From Candidatus Bathyarchaeota archaeon (lineage in GTDB: Archaea > Thermoproteota > Bathyarchaeia > Bathyarchaeales > Bathycorpusculaceae): a stretch of 64,000 nucleotides of DNA. The DNA is taken from contig CAWEPZ010000011.1 in NCBI GenBank assembly GCA_963811105.1, forward strand, positions 672,001 through 736,000. Reading direction: 5' to 3'. The position numbers and the translations under genes were made by a program. The notes below the pieces were generated by a model that was given only the letters and a program-made list of their open reading frames with translations, made no database searches and was not told the DNA's origin. Positions 10,340-19,665 of this stretch are shown here, one piece after another. How positions within the stretch are numbered: position 1 is the first letter of the stretch; each line of letters opens with the position of its first letter.

Positions 10340-10486
10340 CTATTTGACGAATTTTACGGCGTGTCTCTTGAATCTTTTTTTGCAAACTAGACTGCAGAAA
10401 TGATAGGTTTCACCCTCATAAGTGATTTTGAATTTCGCAGTATTCTCATCAAGAACCATGCCACAAACTGGATCTCTAAATGACAT
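10340..10486 (-). CDS. YHS/TRASH domain small metal-binding protein (not in ORF track)
   Basis: Manual translation MSFRDPVCGMVLDENTAKFKITYEGETYHFCSLVCKKRFKRHAVKFVK*. Confidence 0.88.
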   Translation of the reverse strand: MSFRDPVCGMVLDENTAKFKITYEGETYHFCSLVCKKRFKRHAVKFVK

Positions 10487-10659
10487 TATTTAATTTTAAG
10501 CCTCACGCAATCATTCTACTTTCTGCCTTTTATGGTTAATGGTAGAACAAACCTAAAACAGCCGTATTTCTATCGATCGAGTCGAAATTGTACCATTAAC
10601 CTGAGGCCGATTTTGTTCGGCTATATTTCATTGATTCTTTAGCTGTGATAAGCTGGCGG

Positions 10660-10941
10660 TTAATCTTCTTCCGAGTCTTCTTTAGCTAACTCAACCGAAA
10701 TTGAGTCATCATGGCTAACTGCGTTTTTGCTTGTTTGTTTTTTGCTTGGCGGTTCCTGTTCTCTGCCTTCCATGAAGCCTTCTTCTGCAGCTGTGATTTC
10801 ATCTTCATCCAGCATTGTTTCTCGCTCTTCAGCATCATAGACGTCGTCTGTTTGCTCTTCCTTCTCTTGTTTAGTTAGAGGGGGCCCATCATAAAAGTAT
10901 GGAGGCGCTTTCTTCCTTGCTTTTGTTTTACTCATAATCAA
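10660..10941 (-). CDS. Small acidic hypothetical protein
   Basis: 93-aa ORF with a basic N-terminus and a D/E-rich core (VYDAEERETMLDEDEITAAEEGFMEG). Confidence 0.65.
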   Translation of the reverse strand: MIMSKTKARKKAPPYFYDGPPLTKQEKEEQTDDVYDAEERETMLDEDEITAAEEGFMEGREQEPPSKKQTSKNAVSHDDSISVELAKEDSEED

Positions 10942-11285
10942 ACCTTCCCAATTTTAAACGTTAAAGCACTTTGTTCTTAAACCAAATATCAATTCAATTA
11001 CTTTTATGATTATGTGACTGAGCCCTGACAACCACAAACGTTGCTTCGGCCTTTTTCTTCGGAACTCAGATGTCTGCACGAATAATGCAGTTTTGAAATG
11101 AAAAGTAATGTCTTTGTTGAAAAATGGTTTTGTGAATGTATCCAATTGCTTGAAATCAGGCTAAAGCTTTTTATACGCCCAAAGCCCACCCTTTGCATGT
11201 CACATTAACTCATGTATCACCCCAAAGCTCCTGAAGCTTTTAGAGAAATCATGAACAAATTCTGTGGCAGGAGAAAAAATAATAT

Positions 11286-12440
11286 ATGCAAATTCAATCA
11301 TTTAAGGACTTTCCCTTAACTGGCGAAATCCTAAGAAGTATAGAAGAACTCGGGTTTGAGAGTCTTTTTCCAATTCAAGCCCAAGCAATAATGCCTTTGC
11401 TTGAAGGCAAGGACGTTATTGGGCAAGCACAAACTGGTACGGGAAAAACAGCTGCTTTTGGCATTCCCATGGTTCAACGGTTAAACCGTGAAATTCGCGG
11501 TGTTCAAGGCCTGATTTTAGTGCCTACTCGTGAATTAGCTGTGCAAGTAGCCGAACACATGGCTTGTTTTGCGAAATATGCCCGAATTAAGGTTTTGGCT
11601 GTTTATGGTGGAGAATCCATTAATAAGCAGGTACATGCTTTGTCAAACGGTGTCCAAATTGTTGTAGGAACACCTGGCAGATTAATTGACCTAATGGAAA
11701 GGCGTGTGTTGAACCTCGGATCTGTTAAAATGGTGGTTCTGGATGAAGCCGACAGAATGTTAGACATGGGCTTTGTTGAAGATATAGAATTTATTCTGTC
11801 AAAAACACCTCATGATAGGCAAACAAGCCTTTTTTCAGCGACCATCGAGCAGTCAGTGATGAGGGTCTGCAATAAATACATGAGAAACCCGCAGAAAATC
11901 TTAGTCAGCAAAGACGAAATCGCATTAACCCAAATGAAGCAGTACTATACTGTTGTTAACCAAAGTGGAAAGTTTGATACTTTATGTGATATAATCCGCA
12001 CCGAAGGAGTGAATAAAGCCATAGTTTTCTGTAGAACACGCAGAGAAGCAAGCAGGCTCTCCGACCAGTTATACAGAAAAGGGTACCGAGTACAAGCACT
12101 ACATGCAGGCTACACACAATCACAAAGAGACCGCGCCATCAACGATTTTCGCTCAGATAGAATTAACTTGCTCATAGCAACAGACGTTGCAGCAAGAGGC
12201 TTAGACATTGAGGATATAACTCACATAATCAACTATGACGTTCCAATGGATGCTCCGGTATATTTCCACCGCATCGGCAGAACAGCTCGCAAAGGAGAAG
12301 AAGGCACAGCTATAACCTTGGTAAGCTACGGTGAAATGTCTGATTTCAACAACATCAAAGCTTTAACAAAGACTAAAATTCAAGAGATCAGCTCTGCAAC
12401 CGTTGAGAGCGACGATTCTCCAATCAAGAGCTTCTATTAA
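11286..12440 (+). CDS. DEAD-box RNA helicase
   Basis: Q motif, AQTGTGKT, PTRELA, TPGRL, DEAD, SAT, TDVAARGLD, HRIGRTAR. Confidence 0.96.
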   Translation: MQIQSFKDFPLTGEILRSIEELGFESLFPIQAQAIMPLLEGKDVIGQAQTGTGKTAAFGIPMVQRLNREIRGVQGLILVPTRELAVQVAEHMACFAKYARIKVLAVYGGESINKQVHALSNGVQIVVGTPGRLIDLMERRVLNLGSVKMVVLDEADRMLDMGFVEDIEFILSKTPHDRQTSLFSATIEQSVMRVCNKYMRNPQKILVSKDEIALTQMKQYYTVVNQSGKFDTLCDIIRTEGVNKAIVFCRTRREASRLSDQLYRKGYRVQALHAGYTQSQRDRAINDFRSDRINLLIATDVAARGLDIEDITHIINYDVPMDAPVYFHRIGRTARKGEEGTAITLVSYGEMSDFNNIKALTKTKIQEISSATVESDDSPIKSFY

Positions 12441-12456
12441 ACGCAAACTGAAGCTT

Positions 12457-12477
12457 CTTTTTTTTCTTTCTTTTTTA
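12457..12477 (+). terminator. Oligo-T tract, putative archaeal intrinsic terminator
   Basis: Long T-rich run ~20 nt after the helicase stop. Confidence 0.45.
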
Positions 12478-12771
12478 GCTGCAAGATTCTTGAAACATTC
12501 AAGTCAGCGACCTGAATCGACTATTTTCATAAAACAAAACGCCTTTCTTTGGCGGCTGATTTCCTAAAGATGGCTAATCTTCATTTCTCTAAAGCCTGAA
12601 ATTCTTTAGAGAGGAGTTTAAGTTCCGGTTTTGATTTTCAAAAGGCAACGAGTTCGATATTTGTATCTTTAGATGTTTCTATATCAATAAGATTGCGGAA
12701 ACATAGATTACCGTGTTCAATTTAATCAAAAAAAATAAAAAAAGGAAATAGGGTTTGTTTTTTTCTCGCTT

Positions 12772-15501
12772 TTAGTGTTTCCTGAGGATGAGTAGTGTAG
12801 CAATTGCTAATGCAATTATCATAACGATAACTGCTACTACTATGTAGGTCATCAGATCAGATGTTTTGACTAATCCTTCTGTTGGACTGCTTGTGGGTGT
12901 TGGTGATACTGCATGTTCTGCTACAACCACTGCTGCTGTTTCTGCAGATGAGCTGCCGTATGAGTCGCTGCCTGCGAAGGATGCTGAAATCTTGTAGGTA
13001 CCTGTGGTTGTTGGTGTCCATGTGAAAGAGTATGTTCCGCTTTGGTCGCTTGTGGCTGTTCCAATGTGTACTACATTGTTGTTTGGATCAAGTGCGTCTA
13101 TTGATACTGGGACTCCGTTAACTACTGCATTGTGGTATATTCCGTCGATTGGCATTTGGAAGTGTAGGTAATCCATCCATGTAGCCATTGAAGCTTCGGA
13201 TACTGCTGGCGTGTTTGGTTGAGCTGCTGATTGGTCCATTACTGTACCGGAGATGATTATGGGTGATCCTGCGGTGATTGCTGTTTGTGGAGCTGAAACT
13301 GTTGTTGAGCTTTGTCCTTTGCCCATTACGACCATGGTTCCGTCATAGCTGCTGCTTGCGAATAGGTATCCGCTAGATGCTGGGCCTGCGCCTAAGTTTG
13401 TTCCCATTATCTTCCATAGGAATTGTCCTGTAGTTGCATTGAGAGCAATCATACCCCAGCCTCTTGTTGCGGGCTGAGATGGTGTGTGTTCGCTGTTTTG
13501 TACGTAGGCTACTGCGTCAGAACCAGAACCGAGGATTCTTATGTTTTGAACTGAATAGGTTTGTGAGCTGTTAGATGTGTATGGTGTTTCAAAGGGTACT
13601 GCTGGATCAGCATAGTGCCATACTATAGCGCCAGTGGCATCATTGAGTGCCCAAACGCCTGTGTATCCGACACCGTAGATCATGTCCTGGTATGCTGCTT
13701 CATCATACATCCAGAATTCGCCCCACGGGTAGTCAGGAATAGGAGTCGACCATGCTACTTGACCAGCTTTTGATCCGGTCAAAAATCGGGCTTCAATGTA
13801 TCCGCGTTCCATTTCAGCAATGTATAAGCCATCTCTGCACCAAGCGTTTGTCGGTCTATAAGCATCTTCCATTGAGTTCACTGGTGTTGTTACGTTCCAC
13901 AGATTTTGACCAGTTACCAAGCTTATTGCTTGATAGTTTGATCCGTAGAAACCACCGTAAATGAATCTGCTTTGAATAACGGTGATACCTGTATCTGGGT
14001 CGTATGCACCTAAATTGCCGTATCCTCCTGCTTGATAAAGTGTCCTAAAGCTTGTCGGTATAGTAACAGTTACGTTGCTTACGACTCTGGTGGCGAATGC
14101 CGAGTTTATCTGGGCTGTGGTTGCAGTATTAGATGTTGATGATCCTCCACTTACTGTCCAGTTAACTATGTATCCTGTGTAGGATGATTGGACTGTAATG
14201 CCTGGAGCTGGGGTAGTGCTGTTTGTGTAAAGTTGTTGGAAGCTTAAGATGTAGCCGTCTCGGATGAAGTATGTAGTGAGACCGCTTGGAAGTGTAATGT
14301 TTGTTGATAGTGCGCCAGTGGTTGGATTAATCTTGTAAAGTTTGCTTCCTGATATTGTGTAAAGTTCTGATTGGAATGATGTGTCAGCTGCTTCTCCTGG
14401 TACTGCGCTAAGACTTGGTAGATAGTAGTTAATGTTGGTTGGTGTAACGCCGGTTCCGCCTGAAGCGATTGTTAATATGTCGTAGTAGATTTGTCCAGTT
14501 TGTACGTCGTAGCATTCTGCAAATGATTGTGGTGCTAATCCGTCGATGGATTTGGTGACAGTCTGGTAGGCTCTTCCCATGAAGATCACGCTTGGAGTTC
14601 CGCCGCTGCCTGATAGTGCATAGTTACCTGTTTCTCCTCCAATTATGCCTGCTACTGAAGTTACTCTTTCCCAAAGAATGTGTGGAGTATGTACTGCTGG
14701 AATATAGGGACCATAGTATTCAGCATTCCAACTATTTTGTCCTCCGCTAACTCCTGTCAATGATTCGCCCCATGGATAGTTTCCTGCGATTGCTGCCCAT
14801 TCTCTGTTGTTTGGCTCAATTGGGTGGCTCCAGTAACTGTTCGGCAATGGAGATTGCCATGATATCACTTGTGCTTGCTGTACAGTTACATTCGTAACTG
14901 GTGACATAGCGGGTGCAACGTAGTCTGATGGGTTGAAAATTGCGCTTGCAAATGCGCCTGTACGTGTGGCTGAGTAGTTTCCGTTAGAGTAGTATCCAGC
15001 TGGATAATATTCGCCTAAGAACGAGAATTGGAATTGGTACGTACCAATTGAGGTTGGAATATATTGGAACCAGCTTGTACCGTCTGCAACGTATGATTGA
15101 AGAGTAACTGTATCATTAGTTCCATCCGGCTTGACTATATTGACTTTGTATCCGTTCATGAATTTGCCCTCACCTGATGGGAAGGTAATCCACATGTTAA
15201 CCAAAAGCAATTGACCAACACCGATTGGGTTAGGTGAAGCGCTTAAGAAACATAATGGATAGATTGTGAAATCTGCAGTTTGCCCGGCTGGTATAGTTGT
15301 CGGACCTACGTAGCCATTTTGAGTTGGAGCTCCGCCATGAACGCCTTCGTCTTGTGCTTTGACCGTTAAGCTCAACATTGCCATTGATGATAATAATAAA
15401 GCAATTGCGAGTATTGAGAGTATTTTTGGTTTATTCAACGATATTTTGGTTGTATTCATCGAATTTTTCAGCGAGTATATTGAATTTATTGGGTTTTTCA
15501 A
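12772..15501 (-). CDS. Large secreted, C-terminally anchored PQQ-like beta-propeller surface protein
   Basis: Signal peptide; repeated (A/C)(L/Y)(N/D)xxTGxxxW blade motifs; Ig-like C-domain; S/T/P linker; TM helix ending LRKH. Confidence 0.8.
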   Translation of the reverse strand: MKNPINSIYSLKNSMNTTKISLNKPKILSILAIALLLSSMAMLSLTVKAQDEGVHGGAPTQNGYVGPTTIPAGQTADFTIYPLCFLSASPNPIGVGQLLLVNMWITFPSGEGKFMNGYKVNIVKPDGTNDTVTLQSYVADGTSWFQYIPTSIGTYQFQFSFLGEYYPAGYYSNGNYSATRTGAFASAIFNPSDYVAPAMSPVTNVTVQQAQVISWQSPLPNSYWSHPIEPNNREWAAIAGNYPWGESLTGVSGGQNSWNAEYYGPYIPAVHTPHILWERVTSVAGIIGGETGNYALSGSGGTPSVIFMGRAYQTVTKSIDGLAPQSFAECYDVQTGQIYYDILTIASGGTGVTPTNINYYLPSLSAVPGEAADTSFQSELYTISGSKLYKINPTTGALSTNITLPSGLTTYFIRDGYILSFQQLYTNSTTPAPGITVQSSYTGYIVNWTVSGGSSTSNTATTAQINSAFATRVVSNVTVTIPTSFRTLYQAGGYGNLGAYDPDTGITVIQSRFIYGGFYGSNYQAISLVTGQNLWNVTTPVNSMEDAYRPTNAWCRDGLYIAEMERGYIEARFLTGSKAGQVAWSTPIPDYPWGEFWMYDEAAYQDMIYGVGYTGVWALNDATGAIVWHYADPAVPFETPYTSNSSQTYSVQNIRILGSGSDAVAYVQNSEHTPSQPATRGWGMIALNATTGQFLWKIMGTNLGAGPASSGYLFASSSYDGTMVVMGKGQSSTTVSAPQTAITAGSPIIISGTVMDQSAAQPNTPAVSEASMATWMDYLHFQMPIDGIYHNAVVNGVPVSIDALDPNNNVVHIGTATSDQSGTYSFTWTPTTTGTYKISASFAGSDSYGSSSAETAAVVVAEHAVSPTPTSSPTEGLVKTSDLMTYIVVAVIVMIIALAIATLLILRKH

Positions 15502-15747
15502 TTTTTTTTCTTCCTTCTATTTTTCTTGCTCAAGAAGCAAAAAGAGAACTCCTTACTCCTCAAGCACCATTTGCTAATCCAAAACCCACTTATAAGTTTT
15601 AAGGAGAAGTAAAGCATTAGGCAAGAAAACTATGGATACCAAAACTTTTCAAAACCTAATTTTGATAATCCACTTATTTTTTTTAAGTAAAAGTTACCAA
15701 AATAACACTTGTCATTGAGAAAGATTTCATAATAATCACGAAATAAA

Positions 15748-16819
15748 TCAAATTATTCCGACTAGCTTCTTCAAAGCCGGTATTTTACTAGTTGGATATA
15801 GAATTAGAAGGCAAATCAAGAGAGTAATTACAGTAACCAGAGGAATTTCCAAAATCGGGTTAAGCGATATAATACTTATTTGAACTCCAAAAAATCCCCT
15901 ATGAAGTGATTCTAACACAACTATATGCAACAAGTATATTGCCAACGAACTCTGGCCAATGAAATGGACCAACTTGCTTGCACGAAGGGACTTCTTACCT
16001 ACGTAATCCGCTGGAATATGGCTCAAAAGCATAAACAGAGCGGCTGAAGCTAAAATTACATTGATGCTAAGGAAATCATAGAAGAAATACTGAAGATGTC
16101 CGCCTACAAAATAAGTAATAAGATAAGTGCCGACAACTGTCCAAGCAAAACCAACAAACCACAAAACGTACAATGTTCTATTTTTCAGCTGCACGTCTAA
16201 AAGATACAGCCCTAACAAAAAGCATCCCACAAACCCCGTTAGCAAGAAAACATCGCTGCTCAAAGAGAAGGTCACAAATATGTAGAGAATGGGAGCTACA
16301 GCTGTTCCAACAAACCAAAGCACCAAGAAATATCTGAGCACTCTCCGACCCGCATTGGCAACTAGTACCCGCAATATTGGAGTCACTAAATAAAGGCCAA
16401 TAAGCGTGTATAGATACCAAAAATGATAATATGGACCTGAGACAATGCCTTGCCCAATTGAGTTTAAGGTAAGTGCTTCATTATTAGCAAAGTAGCGCCA
16501 AGCAAAGTAGATTGCACCCCAAAAAATCAGAGGCACCCCAATTCGAGCAACCCGTTTCTCTAAAGAAGACCTTAAGCGGCTCCTCAACCTTAAATGGCTG
16601 TAGAAGTAAAGCCCCACTCAACATAACAAAAAGTGGAACGCATACTCGGGATAGGGAATCGTAAATATTTACAGACCACCACCGCAATACTACTGCTTGA
16701 TTAACAATGTTATTGATTGGAACCGGCTCAATTGCAGCATGAAGCAAAATCACTAATACAATAGCGAATGTTCGTATGAGGTCCACTGGTATAGAGGAGC
16801 CCCGAGTGCTCGGGTACAA
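15748..16819 (-). pseudogene. Acyltransferase family 3 (WecH/OafA-like O-acetyltransferase), split by a +1 frameshift at ~16560
   Basis: The 5' ORF has VDLIRTFAIVLVILLHA and RVCVPLFVMLSGALLL. The 3' frame continues KRVARIGVPLIFW, HFWYLY, SLAIYLLH. Removing one base gives VFFRKRVARIG. Confidence 0.85.
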
Positions 16820-16989
16820 AATATGGCCCTTTACCTTGCTTTCTAGAAATTGTGCTGTAATAAGAATAATAAGTCAAAATATGCATTAATGTAGTTCAAA
16901 AGTTGCACTGCAACCTTGCTACAATGCAAACAGAAATGAACATTAGTGGTAAAAATAGTTACACATCAGACTTAAAGAGAAAGCAAAGT

Positions 16990-17649
16990 CTAATCTATCG
17001 CATTATAGATTTGGGTTGCGATAATTTTTGCTCCTTCACTGTTTGGATGTACACCATCCCAAAAGTAGGTAGAATGATCAACCAATGGTGTGTATACATC
17101 AATTGTGGGTAAGCCAAGTTTACTTGCAACTTCTTTGATCCTAGGGACCACATCCTCCATAAGAATTGTACTGTCAGGACCTAAACTATTGTTAAAAATG
17201 GGTGGGGGCAATACAACGAAAATCTTAGGCTTTGTTGAAATGGCTTGGAATTCGTAAACTATCTTTTCGTAATCGCCAGCAAGACTGCCAAGATAATTTT
17301 TTCGGGATGGGAATGCATCATTGGTCCCAAGCATAATTATCACATAATTGGGCATGAACTTCTTAGCATTTTGTAACTCAGTCCGATTCAAATAGGACGC
17401 CTCAGACTGAAGAGAAACAGTGGCGCCACCCACACCAAAGTTACCCACAGTATAGTTCGTCCCAAGCATCATCCATAAGTCAGCAGGGTATTCAGTACCC
17501 TCAGTTATACTGTCACCAACACAAGCAACTCGAATGGTGTCAGTTGGATTTTTACTTCTCGATTTAGTCTCAAAATAGAAAGCGGCCAAACCAGCAATTA
17601 ATATTACCGACGCCAAACCAATTGCTAACCATTTTATCCTTGCCTTCAT
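16990..17649 (-). CDS. Membrane-anchored SGNH/GDSL hydrolase
   Basis: N-terminal TM; SGNH blocks VGDSITEG, NFGVGG, MLGTND, DGVHPN. Confidence 0.9.
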   Translation of the reverse strand: MKARIKWLAIGLASVILIAGLAAFYFETKSRSKNPTDTIRVACVGDSITEGTEYPADLWMMLGTNYTVGNFGVGGATVSLQSEASYLNRTELQNAKKFMPNYVIIMLGTNDAFPSRKNYLGSLAGDYEKIVYEFQAISTKPKIFVVLPPPIFNNSLGPDSTILMEDVVPRIKEVASKLGLPTIDVYTPLVDHSTYFWDGVHPNSEGAKIIATQIYNAID

Positions 17650-19510
17650 TTCTTTTTCTCCTGTAAGCAATAGTCACAGCAGGGAGAGCCATGAGAATTG
17701 CAAATGCTACGCAAGAGGCTAATAATTCAAAATCTCTGACCTGCCCATCTATATTATTTGCCAATTGGCTGGACTGATCAGCATTTTGTGCACTAATCTC
17801 TCTGGTATTGTATTCTGAGATGTACCTTGAATGAGTTTCATCAGAAGGATAGCTTTCACTTGAGGGGTAGGGGTAACTAGTCATGTTATGAAACGGTAAG
17901 GCATCCACAGTGAATGGCACGTATGGCAATCCTTCTCCTTTGAACCAGGCGGAAGCAACAACAAAATAGTCGCGAACCATACCTTTGGGAACAGCCGTCT
18001 CATCTGTGAACTTCAATTGCACGCTATCTCCCTGACGACCCACAACGAACATGTCATCAGCGCTTGAGATCAAGCCAGATACATCTCCATGGCGGGTAAA
18101 CTTGCCAGAAGAAGTTGAATTGGTTTCAAAAGCTTGGCTAAACATGGCTGAGTAAGGTGAAGAGTCGTGAACACTCATGTTTTGTTGGGCAGTAGTATCA
18201 ACTCCTAAATAATCAAAACAGTAGTCTTGATAGTAATGAATTCTAATCGAATAATCATTTGTAAAGAAAATACCAGTTAAGTTTACCACAAAGTTACTAT
18301 TATCCACAGGCGGTATTGGAAATTCTCTATCGTCGGAAACTTTCACCCATTTGCCATTCGCATCTTTAACCTCAATGTACGGAGGAGGCGACGGTGTAAC
18401 TCCTGGTTGACTTGAGAATTGCGAAGCCCAATTTCCCCCCGCCTCGTTTGTGGGCCAACTGGTTACTGCATTGACTACAAGTTTTATTTCCTTGGCACTT
18501 GATAAGTTGCCTAGGTTTAGTTCTAAAGTGTTCCAGGTCCATCTTGTGGCGGTTGTGTAGTTTGAGTCTATTTTGGAGATTTGGGGCAGCACATTTTCTC
18601 CATTGTTGATAGCCGAAAGTGGCGTTGCAAGATTTTTGCTGACAGTGTAAATTGTGCCAGGTCCCGAAAGACTATACAAGTAAGTGCCGCGGGTTGAATA
18701 AACATCTACATTTGGGGAATGATCTACAGTAAGTAACTTTACTGAATCTAAATAGAAGATCTCGTTTGATTGCTCGGTAATAGTCATGTCATAATAGCCG
18801 TTTACTGGCTGCAGAATGCTTGGGTTTAGCTTCATGTAAGACCAAGGATCGCTATTCGCAAATACTATGGATCCGTCAGCGTTGTAGTAGTCAACAAAGC
18901 CTAGCCACCCTGGACCATCAGAAACCTCCGAAGCATGAACATACCCCGTCCCATTCCAAACAAATAACGAAGGACACGATGTCCAACTCCTCGAACCACC
19001 GGAACTCCCAGAGCTAGATCCGCCAGAACCTCCAGTTCCAGAGTTTCCGGAACCTATCGTTATGGTTGGTTGGGGAGTTGGTGCGGGTGTAGCCGCTATC
19101 GGTGCATCAATTTTTAAAGTACTGCTTAAATTTCCAATATAAATTCCGTATATCCCGGAGTTTGGCTCGATTAAAGTAAAGTCTACAGTAGAATTTTGTC
19201 CGCCAGAAAGTGTCAGAGGTTTGCTTTCTCTTAAGGTTCCATTAATCCAGAGATCAGCAGAGTAGTTACCAGTTTGTTGACCCAAGTTTTCTACCTTAAC
19301 TGTGACCACAGCAGGCTGGTTAATACTTGTCTCAGTAGGAGCAACGGTCAAATTGCTAACTATAAACGATGCCGGTCTTAATACCGGATTTGCCGCGGCA
19401 ACTGCTTTGGAGGTTAAGTGACTATAATAATAAATTCCACTCACCACAGCAACTGCCACTATGGCTAATATTAAAATCGATTTAAAAGTGGTGGATAATT
19501 CAAGTTTCAT
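17570..19510 (-). CDS. Surface protein with CARDB/Ig-like domain, Gly/Ser linker and large C-terminal beta domain, TM at both ends
   Basis: N-terminal TM; VSNLTVAP...VKVENLG Ig-like module; GGSGGSSSG linker; SCPSLFVWNG motif; C-terminal TM followed by RRKR. Confidence 0.7.
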   Translation of the reverse strand: MKLELSTTFKSILILAIVAVAVVSGIYYYSHLTSKAVAAANPVLRPASFIVSNLTVAPTETSINQPAVVTVKVENLGQQTGNYSADLWINGTLRESKPLTLSGGQNSTVDFTLIEPNSGIYGIYIGNLSSTLKIDAPIAATPAPTPQPTITIGSGNSGTGGSGGSSSGSSGGSRSWTSCPSLFVWNGTGYVHASEVSDGPGWLGFVDYYNADGSIVFANSDPWSYMKLNPSILQPVNGYYDMTITEQSNEIFYLDSVKLLTVDHSPNVDVYSTRGTYLYSLSGPGTIYTVSKNLATPLSAINNGENVLPQISKIDSNYTTATRWTWNTLELNLGNLSSAKEIKLVVNAVTSWPTNEAGGNWASQFSSQPGVTPSPPPYIEVKDANGKWVKVSDDREFPIPPVDNSNFVVNLTGIFFTNDYSIRIHYYQDYCFDYLGVDTTAQQNMSVHDSSPYSAMFSQAFETNSTSSGKFTRHGDVSGLISSADDMFVVGRQGDSVQLKFTDETAVPKGMVRDYFVVASAWFKGEGLPYVPFTVDALPFHNMTSYPYPSSESYPSDETHSRYISEYNTREISAQNADQSSQLANNIDGQVRDFELLASCVAFAILMALPAVTIAYRRKRNEGKDKMVSNWFGVGNINCWFGRFLF

Positions 19511-19665
19511 GACATCAATATCTCTGTCATTTGCATTTATAAACTTGGTACATTCGTTGATTGTTGGACGCTAAATAGTAGATTGAGCTATTTTGAATTT
19601 TTCAATGTTTCTAAAGAAGATATTTAAACCAAAAAAAGAGAAGGAAAGATTTGGGTTATTGACTC

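Noticed and set aside
15608-15628. Short similarity (AGTAAA..ATTAG.CAAGA) upstream of both propeller paralogs (also ~22450)
   Set aside because: Short, gapped and in AT-rich context, so it could be chance.
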